A stretch of 50,532 bases of DNA from contig VXPS01000118.1 of NCBI GenBank assembly GCA_009839425.1, positions 1-50,532 on the forward strand. Direction: 5' to 3'. Source of the DNA: Chloroflexota bacterium (GTDB taxonomy: Bacteria; Chloroflexota; UBA11872). A program made the translations under genes and the position numbers. The notes under the pieces were generated by a model. It saw nothing but the letters and a program-made list of their open reading frames with translations, was not told the DNA's origin and searched no databases. Below are positions 1 through 12,970 of this stretch, piece by piece; position 1 is the first letter of the stretch, and each line of letters begins with the position of its first letter.

Positions 1-2064
1 TACGGATTCATTGAGACGCCGTACCGACGGGTTCTCACGCGCATTCCGGCGCGAGACGCCGAGATGCTGGTGGGTCGCACGCTGGTCGAGCCGGTCACCG
101 CAGCGGACAGCGCAGAGCCGTTGGCGCAGGCTGGAGACGTGATCGAAGCGGCGTTAGCGGAGGATATTGGTCAGATCGACGGTGCTGACAATCTCGAAGT
201 GCGCGTACGCCCGGTTGTGACCAACGAGATTGAGTACCTGGCCGCCGATGAAGAGGAGCGCCACACCATTGCAGAGGCCAAGACTAGGCTCAACGATGCT
301 AACGAAATCGTCTTAGATCGGGTCTCGGTACGTCGGGGTCCGAATTTCTTCGAGGCCGACGCGGGCGACGTGGAGTACCTGGATTCGTCGCCGCAGCAAA
401 TCGTGAGCCTGGCGACGGCCATGATTCCATTCCTCGAGCATGACGACGCCAATCGCGCGCTGATGGGCGCCAACATGCAGCGACAGGCCGTGCCGTTAAT
501 CACGCCTGAAGCGCCGCTGGTGGCCACCGGTATGGAGCGAGCTAGTGCCAGCGACTCGGGGCATATGGTGCTGGCCGCGGCCGACGGCGAGGTGACGCAT
601 GTGACCTCGCGCGAAATCACCATCGATCACGACAACGCCGGGGGTGAGCGGGTATACCGATTGCGCAAGTTCGACCGGTCCAACACCGCTACGTGTATCA
701 GCCAGCGTCCTGTGGTGGCCGCCGGTGACACGGTGACGGCGGGGCAACCGATCGCCGAGAGCATGGCGACTGCCGACGGCATGATCGCCCTCGGGCAAAA
801 CATCGTAGTCGCGTTCATGTTCTGGGAAGGCGGCAATTACGAGGACGCCATCGTCGTCAGCGAACGCCTGCTCAAGGACGACGTCTTTACATCGATCCAC
901 ATCGAGAAGTACGAAGTCGAAGCGCGGGACACGAAACTTGGCGCTGAGGAGATCACGCGCGACATTCCGAATCAGAACGAAGAGGCCCTTCGTAACCTGG
1001 ACGACACCGGCGTGGTGTACGTCGGCGCGGAGGTCGGGCCGGACGACGTGCTCGTCGGCAAGATCACGCCCAAGGGTGAAACCGAACTCTCGGGCGAGGA
1101 CCGGCTGCTGCGCGCCATCTTCGGGCGCGACGCACGCGAAGTGAAGGACACGTCCAAGCATGTGCCGGCGGGCGAGTACGGCCGCGTGATTGACGTTCGC
1201 CGGTTCTCAACCGAGGACGGCGACGATCTCCAAGCGGGCGTAACCGAGATGATCCGGGTCAGCGTTGCCTCGAAGCGCAAGCTGATGGTCGGCGACAAGA
1301 TGGCTGGCCGCCACGGTAACAAGGGCGTGATCTCGATGATCCTGCCCGAAGAAGACATGCCCTATCTCGCAGACGGCACGCCGGTCGACATCATCCTGAA
1401 TCCGCTGGGCGTGGCATCCCGCATGAACGTGGGGCAGACGCTGGAGACGCATCTTGGGTGGGCGGCCGAGAAGCTTGGATTCCGCGCCGTATGTCCCGTT
1501 TTCGATAGCGCGGACGAAGCGGACATTGCGACAGCGCTCGAGGAAGCGGACTTGCCGGCTAATGGCAAGGCCGTTCTGTACGACGGCCGCACCGGCGAGG
1601 CCTTTGACCAAGAAGTCACCGTTGGCGTCATCTACATGATGAAGCTGGGCCACATGGTGGATGACAAGATCCACGCCCGCTCCACTGGGCCGTACTCGCT
1701 CATCACCCAGCAGCCCCTGGGCGGCAAAGCACAGATGGGCGGTCAGCGCTTCGGTGAGATGGAAGTCTGGGCACTGGAGGCCTACGGCGCCGCCCACACG
1801 CTACAGGAAATGCTTACGGTCAAGTCCGACGACATTCTTGGGCGCGTGAAGACGTACGAGGCCATCGTCAAAGGCGAAACCATCCTCGAGCCCGGAATCC
1901 CGGAGTCGTTCCGGGTGCTCGTGAAGGAACTGCAGAGCCTTGGCGTTTCCGTTGACATCCTGGACGACGCCGAGGAAGAAATCGCGCTGGCCGGCGAACA
2001 CATGCACGACCAGCTGCCCGACCTGGATGGCATCAACATCCAGGGGCGTGAATACCGCCTGTAG
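1..2064 (+). CDS. rpoB: DNA-directed RNA polymerase beta subunit, C-terminal ~687 aa (5' end lies upstream of the window)
   Basis: Frame 1 is open from base 1 ([11 protein letters not shown]...) and runs into listed ORF 64..2064. Beta motifs [26 protein letters not shown] and [19 protein letters not shown] are present. rpoC follows 14 nt later. Confidence 0.97.
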   Translation, partial: YGFIETPYRRVLTRIPARDAEMLVGRTLVEPVTAADSAEPLAQAGDVIEAALAEDIGQIDGADNLEVRVRPVVTNEIEYLAADEEERHTIAEAKTRLNDANEIVLDRVSVRRGPNFFEADAGDVEYLDSSPQQIVSLATAMIPFLEHDDANRALMGANMQRQAVPLITPEAPLVATGMERASASDSGHMVLAAADGEVTHVTSREITIDHDNAGGERVYRLRKFDRSNTATCISQRPVVAAGDTVTAGQPIAESMATADGMIALGQNIVVAFMFWEGGNYEDAIVVSERLLKDDVFTSIHIEKYEVEARDTKLGAEEITRDIPNQNEEALRNLDDTGVVYVGAEVGPDDVLVGKITPKGETELSGEDRLLRAIFGRDAREVKDTSKHVPAGEYGRVIDVRRFSTEDGDDLQAGVTEMIRVSVASKRKLMVGDKMAGRHGNKGVISMILPEEDMPYLADGTPVDIILNPLGVASRMNVGQTLETHLGWAAEKLGFRAVCPVFDSADEADIATALEEADLPANGKAVLYDGRTGEAFDQEVTVGVIYMMKLGHMVDDKIHARSTGPYSLITQQPLGGKAQMGGQRFGEMEVWALEAYGAAHTLQEMLTVKSDDILGRVKTYEAIVKGETILEPGIPESFRVLVKELQSLGVSVDILDDAEEEIALAGEHMHDQLPDLDGINIQGREYRL

Positions 2065-2078
2065 GAGGACCCGGACGA

Positions 2079-5000
2079 ATGCTTGAAGTCAACAAATTCA
2101 GCGCGATTCGGATCCACCTGGCCTCGCCCGATCAGGTTCGATCCTGGTCGTACGGCGAGGTCGCCAAGCCGGAAACGATCAACTACCGCACGTTGAAGCC
2201 TGAGCGCGACGGGCTGTTCTGCGAGCGCATCTTCGGCCCAACCAAGGACTGGGAATGCGCCTGCGGCAAGTACAAGCGTGTGCGCTTCCGCGGCATCATC
2301 TGTGACAAGTGCGGCGTTGAAGTTACTCGCTCACGTGTCCGGCGAGAGCGCATGGGGCACATCGAGCTTGCGGCCCCGATTACTCACATCTGGTTCCTCA
2401 AAGGTACGCCGAGTCGAATCGGCCAGGTGTTGGACATCACGCCGCGCGATCTTGAGAAGATCGTCTACTTCGCGTCGTTCATCGTTACCGATCTGGACGA
2501 AGAATCCCGTGACGAGGCACTCGGCCGCCTCGATCAGGATCTGGCCGACCGGATCGAGGAGATCGACGACTCGGCGGCGATGCGCCTGGCGGATGAACAT
2601 CGGCGTTTGGAGGAACAGGCTGCGCAACTCGACTCGCAGCTCACGGATGAGTTGGAGCGGTTGGACCTGGAAGCTCAGGCCAGCTTCGAATCCATCAACA
2701 AGGAAACGTCCACCGTCCGCACCCTGCTGACGGCCATTGGCCCGCGCAAGCTTGAGGACGACGCCACGCTGAGCTGGCTGACTGAACCTTTTGTTGCCGC
2801 GGGCAGCGTGCCTCCGCAAGACGCGTTGGCGCAGCTTGATACGGCCGCCGAAGCGGCAATTGCCGAAGTGACCGCTCGTTTCGAAGCTGAAAAGTCCGGT
2901 GCTCGCGACCGCTTCACCGCTACCAAGGCCGTCGAGCGACGCGAGAGTGACCAGGCTGTCACCCGCATTGAAGAGGCCAAAGTCTTGGAGGTCAACGACG
3001 CTCGCGACTTCTACGACCAGCGTCGCAAGGACCTGAGCACGTTGGAACTACACCAGTTGCTCTCGGAACCTCGCTATCAGCAGCTCACGCACACTTGTGG
3101 TGACGTTTTTGAGGCCGGCATTGGAGCGGAAGCCATCCTCGACCTCATCGCCGATGTCAATCTGGATGAACTGGCGGCTGAGTTGCGTGAGGAGTTGAAT
3201 GCGACCTCGAAGCAGCGGCAAAAGAAAGCCGCCAAACGGCTGAAGGTCGTGGAGGCGTTCCGCCGCTCCGGGAACCGACCGGAATGGATGATCCTGAACG
3301 TATTGCCGGTACTGCCACCGGAATTGCGACCCATGGTTCAGCTGGACGGTGGACGCTTCGCCACCAGCGACTTGAATGATCTCTACCGCCGGGTGATCAA
3401 CCGCAACAACCGGCTCAAGCGGTTGGTTGAACTCGGAGCGCCCGAAATCATCGTGCGCAACGAGAAGCGCATGCTGCAGGAGGCCGTAGACGCGCTGATT
3501 GACAATGGGCGGCGCGGTCGTGCCGTGACGGGATCGTCGAACCATCCCTACAAGTCGCTCAGCGATTTGCTGCGCGGCAAGCAGGGCCGATTCCGTCAGA
3601 ACCTCCTGGGCAAGCGCGTGGACTACTCCGGCCGCTCAGTGATCGTGGTGGGTCCGCATCTCAATCTCAACCAGTGCGGTCTACCGACCAAGATGGCCCT
3701 GGAACTCTTTAAGCCTTTCGTTATGCGTAAGCTCGTGGACGATGGGCATGCCAGCAATATCAAGAGCGCCAAGCGCATGGTCGAGCATCCCGAACCGCTG
3801 GTATGGGATGCGTTGGAGGAGGTCACGCGCGACCATCCTGTGCTCCTCAACCGAGCGCCGACGTTGCACCGGCTCGGGATTCAGGCTTTCGACATCGTGC
3901 TGGTGCGCGGCAGCGCCATCCAGATACATCCGCTGGTTTGCACGGCGTTTAACGCCGACTTCGATGGTGACCAGATGGCCGTTCACGTGCCGCTGAGCCG
4001 AGCGGCGCAGGACGAGGCCCGCCACATCATGAAGAGCACCCACAACATCCTTTCTCCGGCGGATGGGACACCCATCGTCAGCCCTACCAAGGACATGGTG
4101 CTGGGAGCCTATTACCTGACCCAGAGCAAGCCCGATAACCGAGCCGAGGACGACCTCCAGGCCTTCGCCAATTTCACCGACGCCATGCTGGCCTTCGATC
4201 ACAACGCGGTGGATCTGCAGGAAAGGATTCGCCTGCGAGTTACGCCTGAGGATTTTCCTGACGAAGTGGTCGGCCAGGACGGCCCGGCATTCATTACGAC
4301 GACCGCCGGGCGCATCATGCTCAATCAGGCTATCCCTCGGGAATTGCGGTTCGTCAACGAACAGCTGGATAAGGGCGGCCTGCGTCGTGTGATCGAGATG
4401 GTTTTCTTCAACACCGATATGGACGTTACTGGCGATGTCGCCAACCAGCTCAAGAACCTGGGTATGCAGTGGGCCACGCGCTCGGGTGTGACGATGGGGA
4501 TCACGGACCTTGAGATCCCTGAAGTCAAGCGCCAGGTGGAGCAGGAAACCGATGCTCGTGTAAGCGCCATCAGGGCCAGCTTTGACGACGGTCTGATTAC
4601 TGACAACGAGCGCTATCGGCTCACCGTCAAGGCCTGGACCGATGCTATGGCCACCGTCTCCAGTTCCGTGGAGACGAGCCTGGACCCGATGAGCCCCGTC
4701 TTCATGATGGGCAACTCAGGCGCGGCCAAGGGCAACTTCGACCAGATCCGCCAGATTTCAGGGATGCGTGGACTTATGTCCAATCCTGCCGGCCGGATCA
4801 TTGAGATGCCCGTGCGCGCGAACTTCCGCGAAGGCATGTCCGCCCACGAGTACTTCATCTCCACGCACGGTGGCCGCAAAGGGCTAGCCGACACCGCCCT
4901 CCGCACGGCCGACAGCGGCTATCTCACACGCCGCCTGGTTGATGTGGCCCAGGATGTGATCGTCATGGGCGACGACTGCGGCACTTTGGACGGAATACCC

Positions 5001-6668
5001 GTGGAAGTCGGGGCCTTGGATGAGGTGCTGGATTCCGTGGGCGTCCGCTGCTTCGGCCGCTTTCCGGCACAACCTATCGTGCATCCGGCGACTGGCGAGA
5101 TCATCGTGCCCTTGGGCACTCTGATCGACCACGACTTGGTCAAGCTGATTGATGACGCTGGCGTCCAATCGGCCAAGGTCCGATCACCGATGACCTGCGC
5201 AAACGCTCGCGGCCTGTGCCAGATGTGCTACGGCATGGACCTGGCACGCCATGAATTAGTGGCGGAGGGCGCCGCCGTTGGCATCATCGCCGCCCAGTCG
5301 ATGGGCGAGCCAGCGACACAGCTCACCATGCGGACTTTCCATCTGGGTGGCATCGCGACGGTGGGTGCTGACATCGTGGATAAGGAGCAGGGCTTGCCGC
5401 GAGTGCAGGAACTCTTCGAGGCGCGGATCCCCAAGGGTGTCGCTGTCATGAGCGACATTGACGGTACTGTCGAAGTCATTGAAGAGGACGAGCAGCGGCG
5501 TGTACGGGTGGTCTCGGCCCATGTGCACGAGTACGAGTACCTGCTTGACCCGGGCATGGTTCCGATTGTCGAGGACGGTGCCGACATTGCCAGGAACGGG
5601 GTTATGGCCGTGCCGAAGGTCGAGGCGGACGATCTCCTGGCTCGAAAGGCGAAGAGCAAATCCAACACGATCAGTAAGCGCGCGCTGGCCAAAGTCGCCA
5701 GCATTGGCGTCACGGCCGAGGCGGACGGCGTCGTGGAGATCCATGAGGGGCGGATCGTCGTGCGCGCTGAGGAAGAGGATGTCAGTGAGTACCCGGTCTC
5801 GCTGGCCGCTGAGCTGCGCGTGCAGAGTGGTGAATTCGTCCGCGAGGGCGACCAGCTCACCGAGGGGCCGCTAAACCCGCACGACATCCTGCGGCTGCGC
5901 GGCCGTGCTCAGTTGCAGCAGTACATCGTCAGTGAAGTCCAGCGTGTCTACCGCATGGTCGGCGTGGCGGTGAACGACAAGCACATCGAGATCATCATCC
6001 GTCAGATGCTGCGTCACAACGCCGTCGACACGCCTGGCGACACCTCGCTCTTGCCGGGGACGCTGGTTGACCGGTCCACGCTTACGCAGACAAACGTGCA
6101 GGTTGCGGAGACCGGAGGTCATGCTGCTGACTCGCACGAAGTGTTGCTGGGTGTAACCAAGGCCTCGTTGAACAACGAGAGCTTTCTAGCTGCGGCATCG
6201 TTTCAGGACACCACGCGCGTGCTCACGGAAGCTGTGGTGGAAGGCAAGACCGATCACCTGCATGGGCTGAAGGAGAACGTAATCATCGGCAAGCTCATTC
6301 CGGCGGGTACGGGATGGGATCGCTACCACGGTCCAGTGCTCGAAGCCCCGAACCAGTCGGACGTCCTGATTGATACCGAGGCCATGCACATGGCTGAGGG
6401 CGTGACGCTTGACGATTTGCGCGATCCGGACAATGGCGCCAACGCGGCTCCGGACCTGGACAACGGCGCCCAGGCGGCTGGTGTGCCGCCAATGGATGCC
6501 GCCGAGAGCGACCTGTTGGCCGGCATCGAGACGTCGCCAAGTGGGGCCAGCGACGAATTTGCCGATTTCTTGCGTCCTTCGGACGACTTCGGTATCGACG
6601 AATCGTCAGCCGTTCGTTCGGATCCAACGGCGGACGGCGAAAACGTTGACGATGCGGGAAGTCGGTGA
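2079..6668 (+). CDS. rpoC: DNA-directed RNA polymerase beta-prime subunit, 1529 aa
   Basis: Listed ORF. GGAGGA at 2064-2069 lies 9 nt before the ATG. N-terminal zinc motif [20 protein letters not shown], catalytic NADFDGDQM, and the [18 protein letters not shown] region are present. Confidence 0.98.
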   Translation: MLEVNKFSAIRIHLASPDQVRSWSYGEVAKPETINYRTLKPERDGLFCERIFGPTKDWECACGKYKRVRFRGIICDKCGVEVTRSRVRRERMGHIELAAPITHIWFLKGTPSRIGQVLDITPRDLEKIVYFASFIVTDLDEESRDEALGRLDQDLADRIEEIDDSAAMRLADEHRRLEEQAAQLDSQLTDELERLDLEAQASFESINKETSTVRTLLTAIGPRKLEDDATLSWLTEPFVAAGSVPPQDALAQLDTAAEAAIAEVTARFEAEKSGARDRFTATKAVERRESDQAVTRIEEAKVLEVNDARDFYDQRRKDLSTLELHQLLSEPRYQQLTHTCGDVFEAGIGAEAILDLIADVNLDELAAELREELNATSKQRQKKAAKRLKVVEAFRRSGNRPEWMILNVLPVLPPELRPMVQLDGGRFATSDLNDLYRRVINRNNRLKRLVELGAPEIIVRNEKRMLQEAVDALIDNGRRGRAVTGSSNHPYKSLSDLLRGKQGRFRQNLLGKRVDYSGRSVIVVGPHLNLNQCGLPTKMALELFKPFVMRKLVDDGHASNIKSAKRMVEHPEPLVWDALEEVTRDHPVLLNRAPTLHRLGIQAFDIVLVRGSAIQIHPLVCTAFNADFDGDQMAVHVPLSRAAQDEARHIMKSTHNILSPADGTPIVSPTKDMVLGAYYLTQSKPDNRAEDDLQAFANFTDAMLAFDHNAVDLQERIRLRVTPEDFPDEVVGQDGPAFITTTAGRIMLNQAIPRELRFVNEQLDKGGLRRVIEMVFFNTDMDVTGDVANQLKNLGMQWATRSGVTMGITDLEIPEVKRQVEQETDARVSAIRASFDDGLITDNERYRLTVKAWTDAMATVSSSVETSLDPMSPVFMMGNSGAAKGNFDQIRQISGMRGLMSNPAGRIIEMPVRANFREGMSAHEYFISTHGGRKGLADTALRTADSGYLTRRLVDVAQDVIVMGDDCGTLDGIPVEVGALDEVLDSVGVRCFGRFPAQPIVHPATGEIIVPLGTLIDHDLVKLIDDAGVQSAKVRSPMTCANARGLCQMCYGMDLARHELVAEGAAVGIIAAQSMGEPATQLTMRTFHLGGIATVGADIVDKEQGLPRVQELFEARIPKGVAVMSDIDGTVEVIEEDEQRRVRVVSAHVHEYEYLLDPGMVPIVEDGADIARNGVMAVPKVEADDLLARKAKSKSNTISKRALAKVASIGVTAEADGVVEIHEGRIVVRAEEEDVSEYPVSLAAELRVQSGEFVREGDQLTEGPLNPHDILRLRGRAQLQQYIVSEVQRVYRMVGVAVNDKHIEIIIRQMLRHNAVDTPGDTSLLPGTLVDRSTLTQTNVQVAETGGHAADSHEVLLGVTKASLNNESFLAAASFQDTTRVLTEAVVEGKTDHLHGLKENVIIGKLIPAGTGWDRYHGPVLEAPNQSDVLIDTEAMHMAEGVTLDDLRDPDNGANAAPDLDNGAQAAGVPPMDAAESDLLAGIETSPSGASDEFADFLRPSDDFGIDESSAVRSDPTADGENVDDAGSR

Positions 6669-6686
6669 TAAGTTTGCTACCACTGT

Positions 6687-6715
6687 GTGCGGCGTATTGG
6701 AGCCGCACCTTTTCT
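6687..6715 (+). terminator. Candidate intrinsic terminator or attenuator between rpoC and rpsL
   Basis: GTGCGGC (6687-6693) pairs perfectly with GCCGCAC (6702-6708) across an 8-nt loop. CTTTTCT follows. It sits 19 nt after the rpoC stop. Confidence 0.45.
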
Positions 6716-6740
6716 ACGTAAAGGATCCGTGGGTCGCGTC

Positions 6741-7154
6741 GTGCCGACGATCAATCAACTCGTTCGCAAGGGACGAAAAAAGCGCCGGAGCAAGTTGAAG
6801 GCGCCGGCCTTGCACTACTCCTACAACGGATTGCGGCGACGCATGCAGCGTGGTGAAGGGTCTCCGCAGAAGCGGGGTGTTTGCACGTTGGTTCGCACAG
6901 TAACGCCTAAGAAGCCAAACTCGGCTCTACGCAAGGTGGCGCGAGTACGCCTATCGAATGGTATTGAAGTTACCGCCTATATTCCGGGTGAGGGCCATCG
7001 ACTTCAGGAGCACTCAGTGGTGCTCATCCGTGGCGGACGAGTTCGCGACCTGCCGGGTGTTCGATATCACATCGTGCGTGGGACCTTGGACGCGGATGGC
7101 GTTGAAGGCCGCCATCGAAGCCGATCAAAGTACGGCACGAAGCGCGACAGTTAG
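6741..7154 (+). CDS. rpsL: 30S ribosomal protein S12
   Basis: Trimmed from listed ORF 6687 to the in-frame GTG at 6741, which gives the canonical (M)[12 protein letters not shown]-terminus. [16 protein letters not shown] and [17 protein letters not shown] are present. Confidence 0.95.
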   Translation: MPTINQLVRKGRKKRRSKLKAPALHYSYNGLRRRMQRGEGSPQKRGVCTLVRTVTPKKPNSALRKVARVRLSNGIEVTAYIPGEGHRLQEHSVVLIRGGRVRDLPGVRYHIVRGTLDADGVEGRHRSRSKYGTKRDS

Positions 7155-7226
7155 AGGCAGAGGTACGGCTGCGGATCCGATGATGTTTATCACCAGTGTC
7201 GCCGCTCAGCGACCAAATCCCATCTG

Positions 7227-7697
7227 ATGCCTCGTCGCAAGCGGCCAGAGCGCCGCGTGATTCCACCGGACCCGCGCTTCAACAACCGCACGGTTCAGCG
7301 CTTTATCAACAAGGTCATGCTGAACGGCAAGAAGTCGCTTTCGCAGCGGATCGTGTATCGCGCCTTCGACATCATTGAAGGCCGTACCGGTGCGCCCGCA
7401 ATTGATATCTTTGAAGCTGCCGTGCGCAACGCTATGCCGCAGGTTGAAGTGAAGCCGCGACGCGTGGGTGGCGCCAACTACCAGGTTCCCGTCGAGATTC
7501 GCGGGGACCGCCGCTACTCATTGGCCGTGCGCTGGCTGATTGACGGTTCGCGAAACCGTGGCGGCCGCTCCATGCCTGAGCGTTTGGCGGCGGAGCTGAT
7601 GGAAGCCGCCGACGGACAGGGCGGAGCAGTTCGCCGGCGTGACGAGATGCATCGAATGGCGGAAGCGAACCGCGCGTTCGCGATCTACGCGTATTAG
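7227..7697 (+). CDS. rpsG: 30S ribosomal protein S7
   Basis: Listed ORF. MPRRKRPERRVIPPDPRF N-terminus and position between rpsL and fusA. Confidence 0.96.
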   Translation: MPRRKRPERRVIPPDPRFNNRTVQRFINKVMLNGKKSLSQRIVYRAFDIIEGRTGAPAIDIFEAAVRNAMPQVEVKPRRVGGANYQVPVEIRGDRRYSLAVRWLIDGSRNRGGRSMPERLAAELMEAADGQGGAVRRRDEMHRMAEANRAFAIYAY

Positions 7698-7730
7698 TTC
7701 CACTTTCCGGAATCCCGAGACACGAGGCCC

Positions 7731-9803
7731 ATGAACACCCTGGATATTTCGCGTACGCGCAACATTGGAATCATCGCCCACATCGATGCGGGCAAGACCA
7801 CCACCACCGAGCGCATCCTGTTCTACTGCGGCCGGATTCACCGTGTTGGCGAGGTCCACGACGGCAACGCTCAGATGGATTGGATGGCGCAGGAACGTGA
7901 GCGGGGAATCACCATCGTGGCCGCCGCCACCACGGCCTCCTGGAACGACCATCGGATTAACATTATCGACACGCCGGGCCACGTTGACTTCACTGCTGAA
8001 GTTGAGCGTTCGTTGCGGGTGCTCGATGGCGGGGTAGTTGTCTTTGACGCGGTTAATGGCGTGGAACCGCAGTCGGAAACAGTCTGGCGGCAGGCCGACC
8101 GCTACAGCGTCCCGCGGATCGCATTCATCAACAAGATGGACCGACGTGGGGCGGACTTTGGCGCCACGATCGAGTCGATCCGTGACCGGCTTGGCGCCAA
8201 TCGGGTGCCTATCCAGATGCCAGTCGGCTTCGAAGCCGACTTCGAAGGCGTCGTTGACCTCGTGACCATGCAAGCCATCAGGTGGCCGGCGAGCGGTCTT
8301 GTGGCTCTTGAGCAAGGCCCGATTCCGGCGGACTTGGAAGCATCCGCGCTCGACGCGCGCGAGAGCATGATCGAGGCTCTGGCCGAATTCGATGACGACA
8401 TTGCCACCAAGTACCTGGATGGTGAGGATCTCTCGACCGCCGAGTTGACGGTTGCCTTGCGGCGGATGACCGTCGCGGCCCAAGGGGTTCCCGTGCTGAT
8501 GGGTTCAGCCTTGCGCAACAAGGGCATTGAGCCGTTGCTGGACGCGATTACGGACTATCTACCCTCGCCGCTGGACGTCCCGCCGGTGACTGGAATCAAC
8601 CCGAAGACCGGCGCGGAAGAGCAGCGGCGGCCCGCGGAAGACGATCCGTTCACCGCGATTGCGTTCAAGATCGTGGCGGATCCGCACGCCGGCAAGCTGG
8701 CCTACTTCCGCGTGTATTCGGGATCGATCAAGCCAGGAACCACCGTGCTTAACACGGCCGCTGGAAAGCGCGAGCGCCTGTCCCGCGTGCTGCGGATGCA
8801 TGCCGACAAGCGCGAGGAAGTCACCGAAGTCATCCGATACGGCGACATCATGGCTGCTGTGGGAGTCCGCGCGACCAATACCGGAGACACTCTGACGGAT
8901 CCCAAGTACCCGTTGCAGCTGGAGTCAATCACCTTTCCCGAGCCGGTGGTAACCATCGCTATCGAACCGAAGAGCCGCGGCGACCAGGATAAAATCATCG
9001 ACGCGCTGCGGCGGCTGAGTGAGGAAGATCCGACCTTCCGGATCAGCGCCAACGAAGAGACAGGGCAGACGCTTATTGCCGGCATGGGCGAGTTGCATCT
9101 TGAGGTCATCGTGGACCGGCTACTCCGCGAGTACCGGGTAGGCGCTAATGTCGGTCGGCCGCAAGTGTCCTACCGAGAGCGCCCTCGCCGGGAAGCCACC
9201 GGGCGTGGCCGCTTCGTGCGTCAGACGGGCGGACGCGGACAGTATGGAGATGTGACGGTTGAGCTTGAGCCGCTGCCGTTGGGCACCGGTGTTCAGATTG
9301 AGCGGCGCATCGTGGGTGGTGCGATTCCGGTCCAATTCATTCCCGCCGCCGAACGAGGGGCGGCGCGTCGGTTGACCAGCGGTCCGCAAGGCATGGAGGT
9401 CACTGACGCTCGCATTACGCTTGTCGACGGCTCGTACCACGATGTCGACTCATCAGAACTCGCATTTGAAATCGCTGGCGCCATGGCCGTGGAGGACGCA
9501 CTGAACCAAGCGCGAACGGATGTCATGGAGCCGGTCATGAGCGTGCAGGTAGTCGTGCCCGAGGACTACGTGGGGGACACACTCGCTGGCTTGGCCGCGA
9601 AGCGGGGCACTATCCACGGTGCTGACATGCGCGGCGGGTCGCACATTATCGCGGCTGAAGTACCGCTGGCGACAATGTTCGGGTACGCTAACGAGTTGCG
9701 TTCGGCGACCCAGGGTCGCGGAACGTTCTCGATGGAATTTTCCCACTACGCGGTTACCCAACGAGCAGGTGCCGCGGACGGACTTCTGACGCCGGTTTCG
9801 TAA
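7731..9803 (+). CDS. fusA: Elongation factor G
   Basis: Listed ORF, 690 aa. GTPase motifs [14 protein letters not shown] and NKMD. Conserved str-operon position. Confidence 0.97.
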   Translation: MNTLDISRTRNIGIIAHIDAGKTTTTERILFYCGRIHRVGEVHDGNAQMDWMAQERERGITIVAAATTASWNDHRINIIDTPGHVDFTAEVERSLRVLDGGVVVFDAVNGVEPQSETVWRQADRYSVPRIAFINKMDRRGADFGATIESIRDRLGANRVPIQMPVGFEADFEGVVDLVTMQAIRWPASGLVALEQGPIPADLEASALDARESMIEALAEFDDDIATKYLDGEDLSTAELTVALRRMTVAAQGVPVLMGSALRNKGIEPLLDAITDYLPSPLDVPPVTGINPKTGAEEQRRPAEDDPFTAIAFKIVADPHAGKLAYFRVYSGSIKPGTTVLNTAAGKRERLSRVLRMHADKREEVTEVIRYGDIMAAVGVRATNTGDTLTDPKYPLQLESITFPEPVVTIAIEPKSRGDQDKIIDALRRLSEEDPTFRISANEETGQTLIAGMGELHLEVIVDRLLREYRVGANVGRPQVSYRERPRREATGRGRFVRQTGGRGQYGDVTVELEPLPLGTGVQIERRIVGGAIPVQFIPAAERGAARRLTSGPQGMEVTDARITLVDGSYHDVDSSELAFEIAGAMAVEDALNQARTDVMEPVMSVQVVVPEDYVGDTLAGLAAKRGTIHGADMRGGSHIIAAEVPLATMFGYANELRSATQGRGTFSMEFSHYAVTQRAGAADGLLTPVS

Positions 9804-9832
9804 CCGCGTACTGCGCAGGAGCATAGGAGCGA

Positions 9833-11035
<1,203 letters not shown>

Positions 11036-11128
11036 CCCATGGCCCAAGCGCGCGCGAGACCGAGTCGCCAAGCTCCAATGGAAGCTTCGGCGCGGCGTGC
11101 TCCCGCGCGGCCGCGACGGCAGTCGCCC

Positions 11129-11431
11129 ATGCAGCGGATACGGATTCGCCTGAAGGCGTATGATCACCGAGTGCTGGACGATGCGGCACGCCGGATCATT
11201 GACACCGCCGGGCGCACAGGTGCCGACGTGCGCGGCCCGATTCCTCTGCCAACCGAGCGAAAGACCTGGACGGTGATTCGCTCACCGTTTATCGATAAGG
11301 ACTCGCGCGAGCAGTTCGAAATGCGGACGCACAAGCGCCTGATTGATGTCATCGATCCCACGCCTCAAACGATGGACGAACTCCTGCGGCTGCAATTGGC
11401 CGCGGGAGTTGACATTGAGTTGAAGTCATAG
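11129..11431 (+). CDS. rpsJ: 30S ribosomal protein S10
   Basis: Trimmed from listed ORF 11039 to the ATG at 11129. [17 protein letters not shown] is the canonical S10 start and gives 100 aa. The discarded 30 codons are Ala/Arg/Pro-rich. Confidence 0.9.
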   Translation: MQRIRIRLKAYDHRVLDDAARRIIDTAGRTGADVRGPIPLPTERKTWTVIRSPFIDKDSREQFEMRTHKRLIDVIDPTPQTMDELLRLQLAAGVDIELKS

Positions 11432-11433
11432 CC

Positions 11434-12075
11434 ATGTCCGTTGGACTGATTGGCCGCAAACTAGGCATGACGCAGATATTCGACGAGCAAGGCCGCGCCC
11501 TCGGCGTATCGGTCATCCAGGCTGGTCCTTGTCACGTCACCCAGGTTCGTACCAAAGCGACCGACGGCTATTCCGCCGTGCAGCTTGGCTTCGACCCTGT
11601 GCCCGAGCGCCGACTGACCCGAGCCGAGCGTGGTCATCTGGGCCGCCTCCCGCCGTACCGAGTGCTCCGGGAGTTCCGAGCGGACGAGGGCGCGGAGGTT
11701 TCCGTGGGGGATGAACTGACAGTTGCCAACGTGGAGCTTGGCCAGCGAGTCGATGTGGTTAGCGTTTCAAAAGGCAAGGGCTTCGCGGGTGTCGTAAAGC
11801 GATATGGTTTCAGAGGTGGCAAGCGAACCCACGGGCAGTCTGACCGCGAACGCGCGCCTGGATCAGTTGGCGCCGGGACATCGCCCAGCCGCGTCTTCAA
11901 AGGGACTCGCATGGCTGGACGTATGGGCGGGGGTCGGGCTACGTCCCGCAACCTGTCCGTCGCCAGGATCGACGTCGAACGCGGACTCGTTTTGCTGGTT
12001 GGGGCGGTGCCCGGGCCGCGCGACACGGTTGTCGCGATCCGGCCGGTTCTCAAGTCGATTCGGACAATGGACTGA
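11434..12075 (+). CDS. rplC: 50S ribosomal protein L3
   Basis: Listed ORF. MSVGLIGRKLGMTQIFDEQG N-terminus. S10-operon order. Confidence 0.96.
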   Translation: MSVGLIGRKLGMTQIFDEQGRALGVSVIQAGPCHVTQVRTKATDGYSAVQLGFDPVPERRLTRAERGHLGRLPPYRVLREFRADEGAEVSVGDELTVANVELGQRVDVVSVSKGKGFAGVVKRYGFRGGKRTHGQSDRERAPGSVGAGTSPSRVFKGTRMAGRMGGGRATSRNLSVARIDVERGLVLLVGAVPGPRDTVVAIRPVLKSIRTMD

Positions 12076-12686
12076 TGGCCGCCGAGTCGCCAGCGTCAGC
12101 CGACCTCTCAATCGTTGCCAGCGACTGCTTTGGTGCCGCGGATGCGTCCGCCGAACTGCTGCACCGCATGCTGACTGTGCATGCCGCCAGGCAGCGCCAG
12201 GGCACGGCCAATACAAAAAGCCGCGGAGAGGTTTCGGCCAGTACGGCCAAGCTCTACCGGCAAAAGTCAACAGGCCGGGCCCGCGCCGGGAGCGCCGGTT
12301 CGCCAATCCGACGGGGTGGCGGCGTCGCGTTTGGTCCCGGACCGCGCCGAACGCGTCCGCAGGTGAACGAGCGAGAGCGCCGTCAAGCCGTACGGTCACT
12401 GCTGGCGGCCAAGGCCGCCGAAGAGTCCATCAGTGTGGCTGCATCGTGGGGCAACTCAGCCAAGACTCGTGATCGCGCCGCCTGGTTGAGCGCCGCGGGC
12501 CTGTCCGGTCGCGTGCTGCTGGTGGATGTGGACCCGCCGGAAGAACTACAACGCTCGGTGCGCAACATTCCGAACGTGGGCGTTGAGCGGGCCGACACAC
12601 TGAACTTTTACGAGATTGCTGTTGCCGATCACATCGTGGCCAGCCAGGCGGCGTTGCATGCGCTGCAAGAGCGAGTCGGCGCATGA
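12075..12686 (+). CDS. rplD: 50S ribosomal protein L4
   Basis: Listed ORF. QKSTGRARAGS..IRRGGGVAFGP motif. The ATG overlaps the rplC stop by 1 nt. Confidence 0.95.
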   Translation: MAAESPASADLSIVASDCFGAADASAELLHRMLTVHAARQRQGTANTKSRGEVSASTAKLYRQKSTGRARAGSAGSPIRRGGGVAFGPGPRRTRPQVNERERRQAVRSLLAAKAAEESISVAASWGNSAKTRDRAAWLSAAGLSGRVLLVDVDPPEELQRSVRNIPNVGVERADTLNFYEIAVADHIVASQAALHALQERVGA

Positions 12687-12967
12687 ACCCCGCCGACGTT
12701 ATCACGCGGCCAATCGTGACTGAGAAGTCCACCACGCTTGGAGAGCTCGGGAAGTACGTCTTCCAGGTTCGCCGTGGGGCGTCCAAGCACGCCGTGAAGC
12801 GCGCCGTGGAAACCATGTTTCACGTGGAAGTCTCGTCGGTCAACGTAATGAACGTACGAGGAAAGCCGCGCCGCATGGGACGCTTTGAGGGCAATCGGTC
12901 CAGTTGGAGAAAGGCTGTAGTGACCCTACGTGAGGGCCACAGCATTGAAGTGGTGCCCGGGGTCTAA
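12683..12967 (+). CDS. rplW: 50S ribosomal protein L23
   Basis: Listed ORF, 94 aa. ATGA overlap with rplD. Operon position. Confidence 0.95.
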   Translation: MNPADVITRPIVTEKSTTLGELGKYVFQVRRGASKHAVKRAVETMFHVEVSSVNVMNVRGKPRRMGRFEGNRSSWRKAVVTLREGHSIEVVPGV

Positions 12968-12970
12968 GCG

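Noticed and set aside
2496-3053. Whether the extra beta-prime sequence is an intein or a mobile insertion.
   Set aside because: There is no Cys, Ser or Thr followed later by a His-Asn splice-junction pattern, and no homing-endonuclease motifs. The composition is coiled-coil-like, and the position matches known lineage-specific beta-prime insertions.
6800-6850. An apparent insertion of about 14 aa in S12 ([16 protein letters not shown]) relative to the E. coli and Thermus proteins.
   Set aside because: As I recall it, B. subtilis S12 has an equivalent segment (NKGYNSFKKEHTNVSS) at the same place. This is the normal long-loop S12 type and not a novelty.
7155-7226. A small hairpin, GTCGC(7198-7202)/GCGAC(7209-7213), and a CGGATCCG palindrome in the rpsL-rpsG spacer, considered as a possible S7 autoregulatory site.
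   Set aside because: The stem has only 5 bp. S7-mediated control is established for E. coli, but I cannot show any structural similarity here. The evidence is too weak to report as a feature.
7518-8483. Long antisense ORFs opposite well-supported genes. Examples are 7518..8483(-) opposite fusA, 13043..13843(-) opposite rplB, 14398..15255(-) opposite rpsC, 30732..31574(+) and 31169..32119(+) opposite the DUF62 and DmpA genes, 43077..44045(+) opposite the ABC ATPase, 46258..47622(+) opposite the binding protein, and 47841..48938(+) opposite the 337-aa gene.
   Set aside because: Their translations are Arg/Pro/Gly/His-rich and low in complexity, with no recognisable motifs. This is the expected by-product of stop-poor antisense frames in GC-rich DNA. 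The opposite strand carries unmistakable conserved proteins in every case.
11039-11128. A 30-codon N-terminal extension of S10 implied by the longest ORF.
   Set aside because: The extension is Ala/Arg/Pro-rich and unlike any S10. The internal ATG at 11129 gives the canonical [12 protein letters not shown] start and the normal length of about 100 aa.
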